From: Eubacteriales bacterium
GTDB lineage: Bacteria; Bacillota; Clostridia; Oscillospirales; CAG-382
DNA length: 64,000 bases
Assembly: GCA_045537905.1 (NCBI GenBank)
Contig: JAZSQJ010000015.1
Coordinates: forward strand, 3,574 to 67,573
Reading direction: 5' to 3'
This document shows positions 61,209 through 64,000 of the stretch, one piece after another (the first letter of the stretch is position 1; every line of letters begins with the position of its first letter). A program made the position numbers and the translations under genes. Below the pieces are notes generated by a model. That model did not search any database, had not been told where the DNA came from, and worked only from the letters and a program-made list of their open reading frames with translations.

Positions 61209-63269
61209 ATGAAAAAATTATTAACGTTTACTTTATGTATAGCTCTTTTGCTTGGTGTGTTTCCTGCTTTTGGTACGGTAGGTAACGCTGCAGCGGACTA
61301 TAACATATATGTGGGCGACGTGGAAATCGAAAGCGGTAAATACCTTTTGCAGGGGGCAACGTCTACTATAGGATTTTCAGATCTGCCTGCAGACTTTGAC
61401 TTTGACGAGGCTAGCTATGCCTATGTTTGGGAAGAAAACCTTTGGCTTAACAACTTTACTTATAACGGTGCGGGCTACGGTGCCGCAGGTGAGCGCAAAG
61501 CGGCTATCCGCGGTGAAAATATAACTCTGCTTCTGCACGGTGAAAACTACATCACCTGTACGACCGAAAACGCTGTGGCGATAAGCTCAACGGACGGCCT
61601 CACAGTAATAGAAGACTACGACGAGGACGATATATCTGATTATCACGCTACCGGCACCCTTACAGTAAACGCCTCCAACGGCTTTATGCTAAGCCCGGGC
61701 TCCGATTCCACTAACAGCACAATTGCTTATCAACAGAAGATCGTTACCGTTAACCTCAACGTAGAAGAAAACGGCAGAGGTATTATGATATCCTCTGAGG
61801 GCGAAAGAGATATAAACATAACGCTTATCAGCGGAGAGCTTAATATAACGGGCGTTGACGAAAACGCTACTGCAGGTATAGAAACTTTATGCACAGGCAC
61901 GGGAAAAGCAGCCTTTTACAATGCAACGGCTGAGGTTTATATAACAGGCTGTTATCAAGGCATAGTTACAAACGACGTCCAACTGCAAGGTGGCAGTACC
62001 ACCATAGAAACCACCGGCGGCTACGGTATAAATGCGGTAGGCGGTGAAATATACTTTGCTAATGCTTATATTGATATTTCCGTTGCAGGCTATGCCTACG
62101 ATGCTATGCACGCAGGCGATATGATAAGCTATAACCAAAAAAACGCTGAGATCACCCGTGGCGATTTTGATGAAACCGCACTTCGCATCTCTCCCGTAAC
62201 CAACATCGTTGTCGGCGGCGTTACAATGAACCACGGTGACTACCTTGCCATAGGTGCTACCAACACCACGAGAACAAAGCCCTCGGGCGGCTATGCTTAT
62301 TATACTACCGACGTTTGGGGCGGTTATTTAGAGCTTAACAACTTCAGCTACACGGGCGAAGGCAGCGAGGAGCTGTATTTTGAATATTGGAACCACACCT
62401 GCATTTTCAGTTATTACAACACAGAGCTTAAGCTTAAAGGCTCAAACCGTATAACTGCAGAAAAGGCTGACGGTATAACGGTTTACGGTTCACTGGTTAT
62501 AAGTGGCAACGGTTTTCTTTCAGTTACTGCTGACTATGACGGTATATATCTTATGACCTCAGAGTCTTTTGCCGATGCGGAATTTACTATGAACAGCGGT
62601 GCTTTGATAGTAGAAGCCGATCGAAGCGTAGTGGCGGATGCATACGGCTATAACAAAAATGCAATATTTACCGTAAACGGCGGTGCTTGCGGCTTTGTTG
62701 GCGAGGTTGCCCTCTTCTCTGCATACAATGGCACTTCTACCGTAAACATAAAGGACGGCACGGTTACAGTTATGGAAACGTATAAATATTACTCTCCCTT
62801 CTATATATTTTCCTATGCGTCTGCGCGCTATGTGCAAGAGGGCGGCAACGTTACCCTTCAAACCCAAGGCTGTAAGCACGCTTTGGATCTTAGCAGTGAG
62901 TATCAGTATAACGATACCGTAGAGTTTACAGGCGGTGTATTTACCGCACGGGGCGAAACCGTAGAGGGTACCATCGCAACCGATTATCTTGATATAGTTC
63001 ATCCAATGGATATAGTTGAGGGTGCCTTTGATACCGATTATGTAAAAATATCCGATTCAACTGCTGATTCTTTCTTACTTGGTGACGTAAACGCAGACGG
63101 CAAAATCAACAACCTTGATGCTGCTATGATACTAAAATACGATGCAGGTATTATAGAGCTTAGCGACATCGAAAAGAGTGCTGCCAACGTAAACGGCGAT
63201 GCCTCTGTAAATAATCTGGATGCTACAGCAATCCTCAAATACGACGCAGGCATTATAAACGGATTCTAA
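61209..63269 (+). CDS. secreted protein with two internally duplicated beta-rich modules and C-terminal dockerin
   Basis: GGAGG RBS and signal peptide. Module 1 is NIYVGDVEIESGKYLLQGATST...LWLNNFTYNGAG. Module 2 is NIVVGGVTMNHGDYLAIGATNT...LELNNFSYTGEG. The dockerin is GDVNADGKINNLDAAMILKYDAG / ANVNGDASVNNLDATAILKYDAG. Confidence 0.75.
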   Translation: MKKLLTFTLCIALLLGVFPAFGTVGNAAADYNIYVGDVEIESGKYLLQGATSTIGFSDLPADFDFDEASYAYVWEENLWLNNFTYNGAGYGAAGERKAAIRGENITLLLHGENYITCTTENAVAISSTDGLTVIEDYDEDDISDYHATGTLTVNASNGFMLSPGSDSTNSTIAYQQKIVTVNLNVEENGRGIMISSEGERDINITLISGELNITGVDENATAGIETLCTGTGKAAFYNATAEVYITGCYQGIVTNDVQLQGGSTTIETTGGYGINAVGGEIYFANAYIDISVAGYAYDAMHAGDMISYNQKNAEITRGDFDETALRISPVTNIVVGGVTMNHGDYLAIGATNTTRTKPSGGYAYYTTDVWGGYLELNNFSYTGEGSEELYFEYWNHTCIFSYYNTELKLKGSNRITAEKADGITVYGSLVISGNGFLSVTADYDGIYLMTSESFADAEFTMNSGALIVEADRSVVADAYGYNKNAIFTVNGGACGFVGEVALFSAYNGTSTVNIKDGTVTVMETYKYYSPFYIFSYASARYVQEGGNVTLQTQGCKHALDLSSEYQYNDTVEFTGGVFTARGETVEGTIATDYLDIVHPMDIVEGAFDTDYVKISDSTADSFLLGDVNADGKINNLDAAMILKYDAGIIELSDIEKSAANVNGDASVNNLDATAILKYDAGIINGF

Positions 63270-63381
63270 GCATTTATATAAGCAATAATAGGATGTCTTA
63301 AATCCAAATCAATTTGTGGCATCCTATTGACTAAACGGCTTTTTTCAAGTAATATATACACAGGTATGAAAGGAGCAGACT

Positions 63382-64000
63382 ATGACTAACTATAATATAA
63401 AACCCGTAGACGGTATGAGCGTGGACGAGCTTATTGGTCAGATATTAATGGTAGGACTCCCCGGTGAAAAGCTGGACGACTTCTACGCAGACTTTATAAA
63501 GGAATACAAAATAGGCAACTACATCCTGTTTTCAAGAAACTACAAAAACACCGTCCAGATGAAAGGCTTTATGAAGGAGCTTTACAAATACACTTCAGAC
63601 GTAACAGGCTCCTTCCCCTTGGTTTCCATAGACCAGGAGGGAGGTATGGTAGTAAGGCTGTTTAAGGACGTAACCTTCCCTGCAAGCCCTCTTACCACCT
63701 CTGCAAGCGCCGTTCAGGATGCACCCTATTCAACCGGTGCCATAATCGGCAAGGATATGCTTAGTCTTGGTATAAATCTTAACCTGGCACCCTGTCTGGA
63801 GATAAACGAGGGGCTATCAAACCCCTTGGTAAACACCAGGGGCTACGGTGCAAATAAGGAGCTGGTGTTAAAAAACGCCACAGCCTTTGTACACGGCATA
63901 CAGCAAAGCGGGGCTCTTAGCTGTATCAAGCATTTTCCCGGTGCAGGCTCCAGCACCAAGGACTCTCATCTGGAGCTGCCTGTTATCGAGGACAGCAAGG
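63382..64000 (+). CDS. glycoside hydrolase family 3 (beta-N-acetylhexosaminidase/NagZ-like), 3' end cut by window edge
   Basis: My own translation starts at the ATG at 63382, with AGGAG 6 nt upstream. It reads MTNYNIKPVDGMSVDELIGQILMVGLPG...LVSIDQEGGMVVRL...GINLNLAPCLEI...CIKHFPGAGSSTKDSHLELPVIE. These are canonical GH3 N-terminal domain motifs. The frame is open to the window end. Confidence 0.8.
   Translation, partial: MTNYNIKPVDGMSVDELIGQILMVGLPGEKLDDFYADFIKEYKIGNYILFSRNYKNTVQMKGFMKELYKYTSDVTGSFPLVSIDQEGGMVVRLFKDVTFPASPLTTSASAVQDAPYSTGAIIGKDMLSLGINLNLAPCLEINEGLSNPLVNTRGYGANKELVLKNATAFVHGIQQSGALSCIKHFPGAGSSTKDSHLELPVIEDSK

Noticed and set aside
1-64000. tRNA, rRNA or other structured RNA genes in intergenic regions longer than 200 nt
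   Set aside because: Inspection by eye of the larger intergenic regions found no tRNA-like acceptor or T-arm motifs and no rRNA-like sequence. The regions checked were 1109-1372, 4785-4994, 10328-10574, 12239-12726, 14761-14984, 28521-28765, 31539-31808, 44142-44630, 46887-47278, 56855-57056, 58104-58316, 59355-59733 and 60880-61208. The only exceptions were the T-box leader and the hairpin-rich repeats reported above. A tRNAscan/Infernal run would be needed for certainty.

Overview
This 64-kb chromosomal segment looks like a cohesin-dockerin-bearing Clostridia genome (Ruminococcus/Oscillospiraceae-like). That placement is inference only, based on GGAGG ribosome-binding sites, a T-box leader, an LPXTG/thioester adhesin and five proteins with dockerin repeats. 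I can support about 53 protein-coding genes, one T-box riboswitch, two copies of a ~222-nt non-coding mobile-element-like repeat, and several sigma-A-type promoters and intrinsic terminators. I saw no rRNA, tRNA, CRISPR array, transposase, integrase or phage structural gene. The left ~7.9 kb is housekeeping: aminotransferase, cyclophilin, acyl-CoA ligase, YbaK, a decarboxylase Na+ pump beta subunit, Crp/Fnr and a methyltransferase. The rest is mostly a cell-surface and accessory landscape. It holds a 2062-aa beta-helix repeat protein, a serpin lipoprotein, a thioester/LPXTG adhesin, a ydjGHI-like membrane-stress module, an ECF sigma/anti-sigma pair, and dockerin proteins whose cargo is not classical CAZymes. 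Three things deserve most follow-up. (1) A structured ~222-nt element occurs twice, each time flanked by a duplicated complete terminator hairpin (28 nt and 32 nt), so the apparent target-site duplication equals the whole hairpin. (2) A Leu (CUC) T-box controls an operon made of an isopropylmalate-synthase-like protein without its metal-binding HxH motif, a TIM-barrel::acyl-adenylate ligase fusion and a small membrane protein. (3) Several orphan membrane-protein genes have no assignable function: a 678-aa membrane/Rossmann-like protein and a five-gene block of small 2-TM proteins behind an XRE regulator. All domain calls come from motif recognition by eye. All motif coordinates were counted by hand. 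No database search or computation was run.
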